A stretch of 64,000 bases of DNA from positions 384,001 to 448,000 of the forward strand of contig CAVRAG010000008.1 of the NCBI GenBank assembly GCA_963718895.1, written 5' to 3'. The notes beneath the pieces are model-generated. The model saw nothing but the letters and a program-made list of their open reading frames with translations. It ran no database searches and was not told the DNA's origin. This DNA is from an uncultured Nitrososphaerota archaeon (lineage in GTDB: Archaea; Thermoproteota; Nitrososphaeria; Nitrososphaerales; Gagatemarchaeaceae). Positions within the stretch are counted from its first letter, which is position 1, and each line of letters opens with the position of its first letter. Shown piece after piece: positions 49,745-60,867 of the stretch. The translations under genes and the position numbers were made by a program.

Positions 49745-50969
49745 ATGACAAATAGGAACGACAGAGAAATCACGGTCGTGAAGTTCGGAGGGTCGGTCCT
49801 AGAGAACGAGAGATCAATGGAGCAGGCCGCGCAGCTCGTCATCGACACCGCGGAGAAGGGCTTCGGCGTGGTGGTCGTGGTCTCGGCGATGAAGGGCGTC
49901 ACAGACCAGCTCATCGCGCTCGCCAAGAAGGTCAGATCCAAAGATGGAAGCCGCGCTGATGGATGAGCTCCTAGCCTCCGGCGAGAAGACCAGCGCCCGG
50001 CTGATGGCCGGGGCGCTCGCGGGCCACGGCGTAAGGTCGGTGGTAGTCGACCCCGAGACATCCTACTGGCCGATCGTGACCGACTCGAGGCACCTGGACG
50101 CAAACCCCATCATGGAGCTCAGCAGAGAAAAGGCGCAGGAAGTGATCCTCCCCCTCCTGCGGGAGGGCAAGGTGCCCGTTGTCTGCGGCTTCCTAGGGAA
50201 GACGGTGGAAGGCAAGACGACCACGATGGGCAGGGGAGGTTCGGACACGACGGCGGTCATCCTCGGAAGCTGCCTTGATGCCAAGGAGGTCGTCCTGATA
50301 AAGGACGTCGAGGGGGTCTACTCGTCCGACCCCGACAGGGTCAGGAATCCTCACTTCATCGAGTCGCTCAACGGAGAGGAGGCCGAGATGCTCGCGGCCG
50401 GAGGCGCGAAGTTCCTCCACGTGAAAGCGCTCCGCTACCAGGCCAGCGGGCTGAGGCTGAGGGTGACGAGCCTGGACAAGCTGAACGCGGGGACCGTGAT
50501 AAAGGGCGACCTCGCCCCGATAAGCCTCGAGGTCTTCCCGCAGGGAGTGTCGATGATAACGGTGGTGGGTCTCGATGCAAAGAAGCTCGAGTCCGTATCA
50601 CAGCTGACCCGCGCGGTGAGGGAGGACGGGGGGTCCCTGCTCGCGCTCTCTCTCGAGGCCACGTCTGCGATATTCTATGTGGCGGGAGGGAAGAACGTCC
50701 TGGATCAGGTCCACCAGGTGCTCGTCAGCGAGAACATCGGCAAGGCCGTCTCCTCCTTTGACGGCCTCTCGATGATGACGGTGAAGGGGAGCTCGCTCGA
50801 GACGGAGACGGGGATCGTGCAGAGGATCACCCAGCCTCTGGCACGGTCCAACATCAACCTCTTCGGGATAGTGACGATCCGGTCCTCAATCAGGGTCTTC
50901 GTCTCCTCCGACCAGGCCGAGAGGGCCCTCGAGCTCATCCGGGAGGCCATGATGGTGAAGAAACCATGA
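49745..50969 (+). CDS. lysC: Aspartate kinase (frameshift near 49940)
   Basis: KFGGS, VVSAM, GRGGSD, DVEGVY and C-terminal ACT domains. Confidence 0.93.
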
Positions 50970-52027
50970 AGAAGATCAGAGCGGCTCTGCTCGGCGCGAC
51001 CGGCGCCGTGGGACAGAGGTACATCAACATGCTGGAGAGTCACCCGTACATCAACCTCGAGGTCCTGATGGGTGGCGAGTCTGCCGGGAAGAAGTACGGC
51101 GAGGCAGTCCACTGGCTCTTCCCGGACGCGATACCCGAAAGGTTCGCCCGAGCGGAGGTCCGCAGGGCGCGCCCAGAGTCCGCCGAAGGGTGCGACGTCG
51201 TCTTCTCAGCCCTCCCCTCCGAGGTCGCAGGTGAGATAGAGCAGGCCTTCGCCCGTTCCGGGCTCACCATGGTCAGCGAAGCGAGCTCGCACAGGATGGA
51301 CCCCGACGTGCCGCTCATGATCCCCGAGGTCAACCCCGGCCATCTGGCGCTGCTCGGGGTACAGCGTAAGAAGAGAGGGTGGAAGGGGGCGATAGCGACG
51401 ACCCCCAACTGCACCGTGACGGGGCTCGCGATAGTGATGAAACCACTCCTAGACGAGTTCGCGGCGCAGAAGGCGATCGTGACTACGATGCAGGCCCTCT
51501 CTGGGGCAGGCTACCCGGGGGTTCCGTCGCTCGCGATAACGGAGAACGTGATACCCTATATCAAGAACGAGGAGGAGAAGGTCGCGAGGGAGGCGAAGAA
51601 GATACTCGGGACCTTCAAGGACGGCGTCGTCCACGAGAACGGGATACCGATGGGGATATCCTGCAACAGGGTCCAGGTCATCGACGGGCACACGGAGACG
51701 CTCTACGCGGAGTTCCCGGGGCGGGTCGACCCGCAGGAAGCCGCCAGGGTCCTCGCGGGCTTCAGGGGGAAGCCGCAGGAGCTCAGGCTGCACACCGCGC
51801 CCGAACGGCCGATCATAGTGAGGTCCGAGAACGACAGACCCCAGCCGCGGCTCGACAGGATGGCCGGGAGCGTTCCTGGCATGAGCGTGACGGTGGGCAG
51901 ACTGCGGAACGGGATAGACGGGAAGTCCCTCCAGCTGACCCTGCTCTCGCACAACACGATCAGGGGCGCTGCGGGGACCGCCATCCTCACGGCGGAGCTC
52001 ATGGCCAGGGAAGGATACATCGGGTGA
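50966..52027 (+). CDS. asd: Aspartate-semialdehyde dehydrogenase
   Basis: GATGAVG, PNC, QALSGAG and HNTIRGAA. Confidence 0.96.
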   Translation: MKKIRAALLGATGAVGQRYINMLESHPYINLEVLMGGESAGKKYGEAVHWLFPDAIPERFARAEVRRARPESAEGCDVVFSALPSEVAGEIEQAFARSGLTMVSEASSHRMDPDVPLMIPEVNPGHLALLGVQRKKRGWKGAIATTPNCTVTGLAIVMKPLLDEFAAQKAIVTTMQALSGAGYPGVPSLAITENVIPYIKNEEEKVAREAKKILGTFKDGVVHENGIPMGISCNRVQVIDGHTETLYAEFPGRVDPQEAARVLAGFRGKPQELRLHTAPERPIIVRSENDRPQPRLDRMAGSVPGMSVTVGRLRNGIDGKSLQLTLLSHNTIRGAAGTAILTAELMAREGYIG

Positions 52028-52033
52028 TCATGG

Positions 52034-52829
52034 TTGACAACCGGTAAAGACGTCCGTGTCTCAAGGATAACACGAAACGGGAGGATGCTCTGCATCCCGA
52101 TGGACCACTCGCTGACCGTCGGTCCGATAGCGGGGCTCGAAGACACGGAGGAGGCGATAAATCAGATCGCGAGGGGAGGTGCCACCGCGTTCCTTGTCCA
52201 AAAGGGGATCATAAAGTCCCTCAGCAAGCCGGTCGATATCGGGATGATCATCCAGCTCTCGGCGAGCACGAGCATCGGGATGTCTCCCAACAGGAAGGTC
52301 CTTATCGCGAGCGTCCTCGAGAGCATCAGGCTGGGCGTCGACGCGATCTCGATACACGTCAACATAGGAGGGAAGGAGGAACCCGAGATGCTCCAGCAAC
52401 TTGGGATGGTCTCGGACGAGTGCGACTCGTACTCCGTCCCCTTCATCGCCATGATGTATCCACGAGGCGAGAACATCAAGGACCCGTCGGACCCCGAGGT
52501 GGTGGCGCACGTCGCCAGGATAGGTGCCGAGGCGGGCGCGGACATCGTCAAGACCGTGTACACCGGGATCGCCCGAGACGTTCAGGGAGGTCGTCAGGAA
52601 GTGTCCCGTCCCGGTCGTGCTCGCCGGAGGCTCAAAGGCCGAGTCCGACGAGGCGCTTCTGAGGATGACCCAGGAGGTCATGAAGGCTGGGGCGATGGGC
52701 GTGACCTACGGGAGGAACGTCTTCCAGCACAGGAGCCCGATGCTGATCACGAGGGCGCTCAAGAAGGTGGTGATAGACAGGGCCAGCGTCGAGGAGGCTA
52801 TGGAGGTACTAAAGCCTGCCCCGCCCTGA
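52034..52829 (+). CDS. 2-amino-3,7-dideoxy-D-threo-hept-6-ulosonate (ADH) synthase, DhnA-type aldolase (frameshift near 52570)
   Basis: PMDH, GADIVKT and GRNVFQ; sits directly before DHQ synthase II. Confidence 0.88.
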
Positions 52830-52875
52830 CAAGGACATAGTCCTCGACATTACCGGGGCCGCTAGCCCCGAAGGG

Positions 52876-53841
52876 TTGCTGAGGGAAGCGAAAGGCGTCG
52901 GGATCAACAAGGCCATCTCGAGGAAGTCCACCTCGGAGGTCCCCGAGGTCGAAGGAGTCCAGGTCGTCAGGGTCTCCGACGCGGCGGGCGACTCCGGCAC
53001 CGCCGCGTGGGTCGAGGTGGCGGGTGCGGGAGACATGGAGAGGGCCGTCGCAGCCGCCGGGCAGGGCCACGCCTTTGTCGTCGTCCAGCCGGAGAACTGG
53101 AAGATCATCCCTCTGGAGAACCTCATCGCGGACTTCCACCGCCAGGGGAAGAAGGTTTACGCTTACATGAAGACCAAGGCCGAGATGGAGATGGCCTTCT
53201 CGATTCTGGAGAAGGGCGTCGACGGGATCGTGGTCCCCGCCGAGTCGCTCCAGGCCGCCGCCGAGATAGTCTCGACCCTCGGGAGAGAAGACCGGTACTC
53301 GCTCCCGGTAGCCAAGGTTACGAAGTTAGTCGACGTCGGCAACGGCGAGCGCGCCTGCATAGACACGGCCTCCCAGCTCACGATAGGCGAGGGGCTCCTC
53401 GTCGGGAGCCGGGCGAGCTTCTTCTTCCTTGTCCACAGCGAGACCATCCCCTCGGAGTACATTCCGACGAGGGAGTTCAGGGTGAACGCGGGAGCGATCC
53501 ACAGCTATGTGCTCGGCGAGGGGGACAAGACGAGATACCTCTCAGAGCTCAGGTCCTCGGACAAGGTCAGGACGGTCATGAGCGACGGCAGGTCCAGGCA
53601 GGTCGTCGTCGGCAGGGTCAAGATCGAGAGGCGGCCGCTGATGATGATCGAGGCCTCAGTTGACGGCGAGCGGGGGACCGTGATGCTTCAGAAGGCCGAG
53701 ACGATCAGGCTGATCCGCCCCGATGGTTCGCCCGTCTCAGTGACGGACATCAAGGTCGGGGACGAAGTACTTGTGCACCTTACGCAGAGCAAGGCGAGGC
53801 ACTTCGGCGGAGAGGTCGACGAGTTCATTCTTGAGAGGTAG
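52876..53841 (+). CDS. 3-dehydroquinate synthase II (archaeal type)
   Basis: WKIIPLENLIA, RACIDT, FRVNAGA, KIERRPL and AETIRL; start probably slightly upstream. Confidence 0.94.
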   Translation: MLREAKGVGINKAISRKSTSEVPEVEGVQVVRVSDAAGDSGTAAWVEVAGAGDMERAVAAAGQGHAFVVVQPENWKIIPLENLIADFHRQGKKVYAYMKTKAEMEMAFSILEKGVDGIVVPAESLQAAAEIVSTLGREDRYSLPVAKVTKLVDVGNGERACIDTASQLTIGEGLLVGSRASFFFLVHSETIPSEYIPTREFRVNAGAIHSYVLGEGDKTRYLSELRSSDKVRTVMSDGRSRQVVVGRVKIERRPLMMIEASVDGERGTVMLQKAETIRLIRPDGSPVSVTDIKVGDEVLVHLTQSKARHFGGEVDEFILER

Positions 53842-54540
53842 CGAGAGGGCGGCCCGAAGTCTGGGCCGCGTCTGCACGACCATATCATCAGGGACGCCCT
53901 TGGGGATGGTGAAGAAGGCGGCGGCCGCGTTCTCCTTCGGTAGCGACCTCGTCGAGTTCAGGTTCGACCTGCTTCGGGAGCCCGAAGCCGAAGTCCCAGA
54001 GCCTCTGGCACGGCTCGCTCGCAGATCTGTCTTCACCGTAAGGCGGAAGGACGAGGGAGGCGGGTTCGAGGGGACCGAGACAGAGAGGCCGCGCTGCTCT
54101 CGAGGCTCAGCCGGATCCGGCCCCTCTTCATGGATATCGAGCTGAGAACGGCCCAGGAGAACCCGGAATGGTTCCAGGCACTGCCGAGAAGACAGCGGAC
54201 GATCGTCTCGTGGCACTCCCTCGACGGCACCCCCGCGCTCTCGGTCTTGCGGCGGGCGCGGGAGAGGCGCTGGGTCGCTGGGGGATGTGGCGAAGATCGT
54301 GACCATCGGCGAGGAGCTTCGAGGACAGCCTCAGGGTGCTGAGGCTCTACGAGAGCGACCCGCTCGACCTGGTGGCCTTCTGCACGGGCGGCGGCCGGAG
54401 CAGCCTCGCGTCTGGTCAGCATGCAGCTTGGGAGCCCGATAGTCTACGCGTCCCTTCCAGGCGAGCCGGTCGCTCCAGGGCAGATCTCGGTCGAGACCAT
54501 CGCAGGGCTGAAGAGGATTTGGGGGAGAGCCGCCTGGTAG
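53831..54540 (+). CDS. aroD: Type I 3-dehydroquinate dehydratase (frameshifted)
   Basis: VEFRFD, FTVR-EGG, VSWH and APGQ motifs across frames. Confidence 0.85.
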
Positions 54541-55363
54541 ACTCGTACCGGCTGCTCGGGGAGGACGTTTCTCGATCGCTCTCCCCCGCCATGATGAACG
54601 CGGCCTTCGAAGCGACCGGAGTCGACGCGAGGTACGAGGCGATCAGCGTCGTAAGGGAGGAATTCAGGAGCAGGTTCCTGGCCCTCAAGGGGGAGGTCCA
54701 GGGGATGAACCTCACCATACCGTTCAAGTCCGAGGTCCTTCCTCTTCTTGATGGGCTCGACGAGGTCTCCGCGAGGATAGGCGCTGCCAACGTGGTAGCA
54801 AAGTCGGGGTCTCGTTGCCTGGGTTACAACACCGACGTGAACGGCATCACCGCTCCTCTGAAGGACCATGGTGCGGAGCGGGTCGACCGCGCGCTTCTGC
54901 ATGGGCGCCGGCGGGGCGGCGAGGGCCTTCTGCGAGGCCATGAACCAGATCGGGTGCTCAGAGGTCACCGTCGTGGTCCGCGACAGGGCGAAGGGCGACG
55001 GACTTCGTCTCCGAGATGAAGAGGACATTCCCCAGGATCAGGTTCAGCGCCGTCGGGATAGACGGGATCGGAGGTGCTGAAGCAGACCTCGTATTCAACG
55101 CGACCCCCACAGGCTCGTGGGTCCCGCTCCCGGAGGCGCTCAAGCGGGTTATCTATGGGCACGTGACCGTGTTTGACGCCGTGTACAGACCGATGAAGAC
55201 AGAACTCCTGAGGGCCGCAGAGGAGGTGGGCTCTCCGATAATATACGGATACGAGATGCTCCTGAACCAGGGCACCAAGGCGTTTGAGCTCTGGACGGGA
55301 AAGAAGGCTCCCAGGCAAGTGATGGAGACGGCCCTGCGCTCCTCCTTGGAGGGAGAGCGATGA
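54534..55363 (+). CDS. aroE: Shikimate dehydrogenase (frameshifted)
   Basis: SLSP, NLTIPFK, NTD, GAGGAA, NATP and MLLNQG. Confidence 0.9.
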
Positions 55364-56245
55364 AGGGGAGGGGTTCCACTTTCGGCGCGATCAGCATCGT
55401 GAACGCCATAGCCGGGGGCAAGGGAGTTACGGCGAGCACCAAGCTCGGCACAGAATCCGTAGTGGAGCTGGAGAACAAGCCGGGAGGCTGGTCCGTATTC
55501 GTCAACGAGAAGGAGCGTGGAGTCGAAGCTGGCCTCAGAGACCATAAGATTGGCCCTGAAGATGGCCGGCAGGGAGCCTGCGGACTTCTCCGGGACCGTC
55601 CGCACCGTGACCGCTCTGCCGACAGGGGTGGGGCTCAAGACGTCCTCGTCGTCCTCCTCGGCCATTGCCCTGGCCGTCTTTGCAGCGCTCGGCCAGAGGG
55701 CATTCGACCCCCACAAGATCATGATCTGCAGCATCGACGCGTCCCTGGCGAGCGGAGCCTCCTTTACGGGGGCAATGGACGATTGCGCATCCTGCCTGCT
55801 CGGGGGGATCAACATGGCGGACAATCTGGGGCGGAAGATCGAACGCTCGAAGCTCTTCGACAGACCGCTCAAGATAGCGATCAAGGTCCCGAAGACCCCG
55901 AGCAAGAGGGGCGCGGTCGAAGTCGCTGAGGTAAGGAAGCTGGGGAAGGTCGCGGAGGTCCTGTACAGGATGTGCACGGAGGGGGACCTCTGGCGGGCCA
56001 TGACGCTGAACGGGGTCCTCTACTCTGGAATCTACGGATATGACTCGAGGCCGGCGCTCCTCGCGGTGGAGCACGGCGCCCTGGGCGCGTCCCTGTCTGG
56101 GACGGGGCCGGCCACGGCGGCTGTGTTCGATCCAAAGTCGAGCTCCGAGATGGGTCACCTCGTCGAGGCCTGGGCCTCGGACGGCAGTCAGGTGCTGGAG
56201 ACGGAGACCAACAACGAGCACGGGAGGATAGAGGCCATTGAGTAG
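55360..56245 (+). CDS. aroK: Archaeal GHMP-type shikimate kinase (frameshift near 55517)
   Basis: GAISIVNA, GLKTSS, TGAMDD and SGTGP. Confidence 0.92.
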
Positions 56246-57524
56246 CACGACGGTGACCGTCGGCGGACGGCTCGAGGGGAGAGTCAGGGTCCCTCCGAGC
56301 AAGAGCTACACCCATCGGGCGGTCCTGATGGCGAGCCTTGCCGAAGGCGGGTCGACCATCTCAAACGCCCTGTTCTCCCGCGATACCAGGGCCACGATGG
56401 CCGCCTGCAGGTCGATGGGCGCCCGCCTTGAGGAGTCGGGTTTGACAATCAGGGTGGACGGCACGGCGCCGAGAACCCCCGAAGACGTCGTGAACGTCGA
56501 GAACTCAGGGACGACTCTCAGGTTCATGACGTCCGCGTTCGCAGCCGCGCCGGAGGGATATGTGGTCCTCACGGGCGACTCGAGCATCAGGAGAAGGCCG
56601 ATGCAGCCCCTACTGGACACGCTAAAGGAGCTCGGAGTCGAGGCGTGGTCGACCCGAGGGAACGGGTGCGCGCCGGTCGTCGTTAGAGCGGGGGGCATCG
56701 CGGGAGGGAGCGCCACCATCAGGGGGGACGTTTCGTCCCAGTTCGTGTCCTCTCTCCTCATCTCCTCACCCATGGCGGAGAGGGAGACGTCGCTTGCGGT
56801 CGCCGACGCAGTCTCAAGGCCGTACATCGAGGCGACCCTCAACCTGTCCCGCCGATTCGGAATCAGGATCGAAAGGGAGGGCTTCACCCGGTTCCAGGTG
56901 GCGCCAGGTCAGAGGTACGAGCACTGCGACTTTACGGTCCCCGCGGACTTCAGTTCGGCCTCTTTCATCGTCGCGGCGGTCGGCCTCGCGGGGGGAAAGG
57001 TCGTCCTCGAGGACCTGAACCCGGCCCTCCCCCAGGGCGACTCTGCCATCCTTGGTATCGCGTCGGCGATGGGCGTCCGGGTGAACCAGGGCGACGACTC
57101 GGTCACCGTCGAGTCGGACGGCGCGGGGCTGAACGGTGGGACCTTCAACCTGGGAGACACACCCGACCTCCTCCCTGTCGTCGCCGCCCTCGCGCTCAGG
57201 AGCGAGTCCCCGGTGGAGGTCGTCGGGACGGCGCACGCCAGGTTCAAGGAGACCGACAGGATAGCGATACTCTCGAGCGAACTCTCGAAGCTGGGCGTCA
57301 AGATAGAGGAGAGGCAGGACGGCATGAAGATATCACCGTCCGGAGAGCTGAGGTCTGCTCTCCTGGACGCGCACGACGACCACCGGATGTTCATGGCGTT
57401 CTCTCTGGCGTCGCTGCTCGTCCCGGGAGGGGTCCCGGTCGTCGGGGCGGAGAGCCTGGACGTCTCCTACCCAGGGTTCCTCGAAGACATGAAGAGGCTA
57501 GGTGCGAGGGTGGAGAGCCCATGA
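56238..57524 (+). CDS. aroA: EPSP synthase
   Basis: PSKSYTHR, SGTTLR, SSQF, KETDR and DHR. Confidence 0.96.
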   Translation: MSSTTVTVGGRLEGRVRVPPSKSYTHRAVLMASLAEGGSTISNALFSRDTRATMAACRSMGARLEESGLTIRVDGTAPRTPEDVVNVENSGTTLRFMTSAFAAAPEGYVVLTGDSSIRRRPMQPLLDTLKELGVEAWSTRGNGCAPVVVRAGGIAGGSATIRGDVSSQFVSSLLISSPMAERETSLAVADAVSRPYIEATLNLSRRFGIRIEREGFTRFQVAPGQRYEHCDFTVPADFSSASFIVAAVGLAGGKVVLEDLNPALPQGDSAILGIASAMGVRVNQGDDSVTVESDGAGLNGGTFNLGDTPDLLPVVAALALRSESPVEVVGTAHARFKETDRIAILSSELSKLGVKIEERQDGMKISPSGELRSALLDAHDDHRMFMAFSLASLLVPGGVPVVGAESLDVSYPGFLEDMKRLGARVESP

Positions 57525-58627
57525 CGGGCAACATAGTGGGCGAGCGGTTCGTCCTCGCAAGCTTCGGGGAGAGCCACGGGAAGGTCGTAGGCGCCGTCAT
57601 CGACGGCTGCCCGGCGGGCCTGAGGATCTCGGAGGAGGACATCCAGAGGGACCTCGACCTGAGGAAGCCGGGTCAGTCCATCGTGACGACCCAGAGGAAG
57701 GAGGGCGACGTCGTGGAGATAATGAGCGGGACGTTCAGGGGATACACCACCGGCGCCCCGATCATGATGCTGATACGCAACCAGGACCAGGACTCCCGCG
57801 CCTACGAGGCGCTGGTCAACACGCCTCGACCGGGGCACGCAGACGCGACCTCCAAGGCAAAGTACGGAGCCTTCAACGACTACAGGGGAGGCGGGAGGTT
57901 CTCGGGGAGGATAACGGCGACCTTCGTGATGGGCGGAGCCGTGGCCAAGAAGCTCCTCCGAGAGACCCTCGGCATAGAGATCATCGCATACACCTCCGAA
58001 CTGGGCGGCCTGAGGGCCGAGGGGTTCACCCTGGAAGAGGCCAGGAAGAACAGGTACTCGAACGAGGTGAGGTCTCCCGACCTGACGGCGGCCGAGGAGA
58101 TGAGGAAGAGGGTGATCGAGATGAGAGGCAAGGGCGACAGTCTGGGCGGAGTGGTCGAGTGCGTAGCGCTGAACGTGCCCCAGGGGCTCGGCGAGCCGGT
58201 CTTCGGTTCGCTCGACTCCGACCTGGCGAGGATAGCGCTGGCCATCCCGGCCGTGAAGGGCGTAGAGTTCGGGTCTGGGTTCGCGTCCACCCGCTTGACC
58301 GGGACCCAGAACAACGACCTCTTCAAGATGCGCGACGGCAGGCTCTTCTCGGAGACCAACAACGCAGGGGGGATACTAGGTGGCATCTCCAGCGGCATGC
58401 CCATCGTCTACAGGATAGCCTTCAAGCCGGCAGCCTCTGTGGCAGCGAAGCAGCGGACCTTCGACACGGCGAAGAACGAGGAGGTGGACCTCGTGGTCCC
58501 GGGAAGGCACGACCCCACCGTCGTACCGAGGGCCGTCCCCGTGGTCGAGAGCGTCACGGCGCTCGTCCTTGCGGACCATGCGATCAGGGGCGGATTTATT
58601 GCCCCGGTCCTCAAGCTGGTGGATTGA
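57521..58627 (+). CDS. aroC: Chorismate synthase
   Basis: GESHG, RPGHAD, GGGRFSGR and GRHDP. Confidence 0.96.
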   Translation: MTGNIVGERFVLASFGESHGKVVGAVIDGCPAGLRISEEDIQRDLDLRKPGQSIVTTQRKEGDVVEIMSGTFRGYTTGAPIMMLIRNQDQDSRAYEALVNTPRPGHADATSKAKYGAFNDYRGGGRFSGRITATFVMGGAVAKKLLRETLGIEIIAYTSELGGLRAEGFTLEEARKNRYSNEVRSPDLTAAEEMRKRVIEMRGKGDSLGGVVECVALNVPQGLGEPVFGSLDSDLARIALAIPAVKGVEFGSGFASTRLTGTQNNDLFKMRDGRLFSETNNAGGILGGISSGMPIVYRIAFKPAASVAAKQRTFDTAKNEEVDLVVPGRHDPTVVPRAVPVVESVTALVLADHAIRGGFIAPVLKLVD

Positions 58628-60022
58628 TGAGCTCCGAGAAGGAACTCAGGCGACCTGAGGGAGCAGGTCGCGGACAAGACGAGGCAGATAATCGAACTTA
58701 TCGCCGCGAGGAACGCCCTGGCTCAGAAGATCGGGGCTATCAAGTCGAGGGAGTCCCTGCCGGTCGAGGACGGCAGGGTCGAGGACTCGCTCGTCAGGCT
58801 CGTGATGCAGGAGTGTGAGGAGAAGGGGGTCGACGTCCAGGCGGGGCTCAAGGTCCTCAACACCATCCTCGCCGAGGGCAAGCGCGTACAGGGATTCCAG
58901 ACGAGGCAGTCTCTGATCACTCCCACGATGATGGGCGCCAAGGCCCGCGAACTGGAGGCGAGCGGGAGGCAGCTCCTCAGGCTCGACGTCGGGGAGCCGG
59001 ACTTCCACCCACCGAAGGCGGTGCTCGATGCGACCTCGCAGGCCCTCTACGCCTTCAAGACCCACTACACGGGGACGCGCGGCATCCCCGAGCTCGTCAC
59101 GGCCGTCAGGCGCTATCTCGAGAGGAAGCACCACTACTCTGCCAAGGACTCGGAGCTCATGGTAGCCCCGGGGGGCAGGTTCTGCGTCTACATGGCGCTG
59201 GCGACCGCCGTCAGGGAGGGCGAGAGCGCCTTGGTCATAGAGCCCAACTGGCCCGCCTACAAAGAGGTGCTCCAGTTCATCGGGGCCAGGGCCGTCACCG
59301 TCCGCACGACCATGGAGGAGAGATGGGAACCCTCCGTGGAGGCCATACACGACGCCATCAGGCCAAACACCAAGGCGATCCTCCTCAGCTACCCGGCGAA
59401 TCCAACCGGGAAGATTATCTCGCCGGCCAAGTTCAAGGAAATCGTCGGACTCGCGAACGACCATAGGCTGACCATAGTCAGCGACGAGATCTACACCGAC
59501 TACGCGTACAGCGAGTGCCCGAGCATCATGGGGTCGGGTGCGCAGAGGTTCATCCTCACGTCCTCCTTCTCGAAGACCTGGGCGATGACGGGGTTCAGAG
59601 TGGGATACGCCGTCTCCTCCGAGGAGACGATATCCAGGATGATGAAGATACAGGCCCTGATCGTCACGTCAGTCCCGGAGTTCATCCAGTACGGCGCCAT
59701 AAAGGCCCTCGAGAGCGACGCCGAGGTCGCCCAGAACTCGGCGGCGATGAAGGAGCGCATACAGGCGGCGAGCAAGGAGCTGGACGCCATAGACGCGCTT
59801 CAATACGTCAGGCCTGACGGGGCGATGTACGTCTTCCCTCAGGCCAGGAAGTTGGACTTCGACTCCTCCGACTTCACCATGAAGCTGCTCGAGCAGAAGG
59901 GGGTGACGATCTCTCCGGGTACTGGGTTCGGCGACTATCCTCGATGCTTCAGGATCTCCCTCGGCGGTTCAATGGAGACGATCGTAGGCGGGATCAGGAA
60001 GATAGGGGAATTGATCGGTTGA
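58627..60022 (+). CDS. Chorismate mutase (AroQ-like) fused to a class I aminotransferase (frameshift near 58650)
   Basis: LREQV...LIAARNALAQKIGAIK...VEDGRVE reads in frame into GEPDF, NPTG, DEIY and SFSKTWAMTGFRVG. Confidence 0.85.
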
Positions 60023-60867
60023 AGGTCGCGGTCATCGGGTCCTCCGGCGGGATGGGCAGCTTCTTCGCAAGATACTTCCTCTCAAGGGGAATGGAGGTCG
60101 TCGGCTCGGACTCAAGGAAGAAGACGCTCAAGAATCCACATTTCTCGTTCGTTAGGTCCAACGCGGAGGCCGTCAAGGGAGCGGAGATCGTGGTCGTTGC
60201 GACCCCCATAGACACGACAGTCGAGACGGTCAGGGCCTTCGCCAGAAACCTGGCTCCCGGCGCCTGCGTGATCGAGATGACCTCCGTAAAGGGAAAGATG
60301 CTCGGGGCGCTAAGGGAACGGGTCGCCGGGCGGAGGGCCAGGCTCCTCTCCCTTCACCCGCTCTTCGGCCCCTCCCTCAGGTCGCAGAACGAGATGAAGC
60401 TCTGCGTGATAGAGACTGATTCGGGCTCGCTCGCCGTGGCGCGCTCGCTCTTTCCGGAGGCGACGCTCATCCCGATGAAGGCGCGGGAGCACGACAGGAT
60501 GATGGCCATGATTCTCTCGCTCACCCACCTGGTGAACATCGCATACGCGGGGACGGTCAGCAGGTACCTCGAGCCCGGGGAGTTCAGGAGGATTCAGACG
60601 CCCACCTCGGCGGTCCAGCTCACCCTCGCCGAAGGTGTCCTCTCCCAGAACCCATCGCTCTACTCTTACATCCAGCTCGAGAACGAGTTCTCATCGGAGT
60701 TCGCCGACGCCCTCATCAAGGAACTCGGGTCGCTCAAGCGGCTGATCGAGAGGAGAGACAGAAAGGGCTTCGAGAAGCGCTTCAGCGGACTCTCCAAGAA
60801 GTATGCCGGCGACTCCAAGTCTGCTCTCGACCTCGTCTACCAGGCTTTCGAGAGGTCGTCCCGCTAG
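60019..60867 (+). CDS. tyrA: Prephenate/arogenate dehydrogenase
   Basis: GSSGGMG, SVK, HPLFGP, EHD and LTH. Confidence 0.92.
   Translation: MKVAVIGSSGGMGSFFARYFLSRGMEVVGSDSRKKTLKNPHFSFVRSNAEAVKGAEIVVVATPIDTTVETVRAFARNLAPGACVIEMTSVKGKMLGALRERVAGRRARLLSLHPLFGPSLRSQNEMKLCVIETDSGSLAVARSLFPEATLIPMKAREHDRMMAMILSLTHLVNIAYAGTVSRYLEPGEFRRIQTPTSAVQLTLAEGVLSQNPSLYSYIQLENEFSSEFADALIKELGSLKRLIERRDRKGFEKRFSGLSKKYAGDSKSALDLVYQAFERSSR

Noticed and set aside
57502-58818. 438-aa overlapping ORF
   Set aside because: Off-frame shadow of aroC typical of high-GC DNA; only a few codons after 58627 are the real chorismate mutase start.
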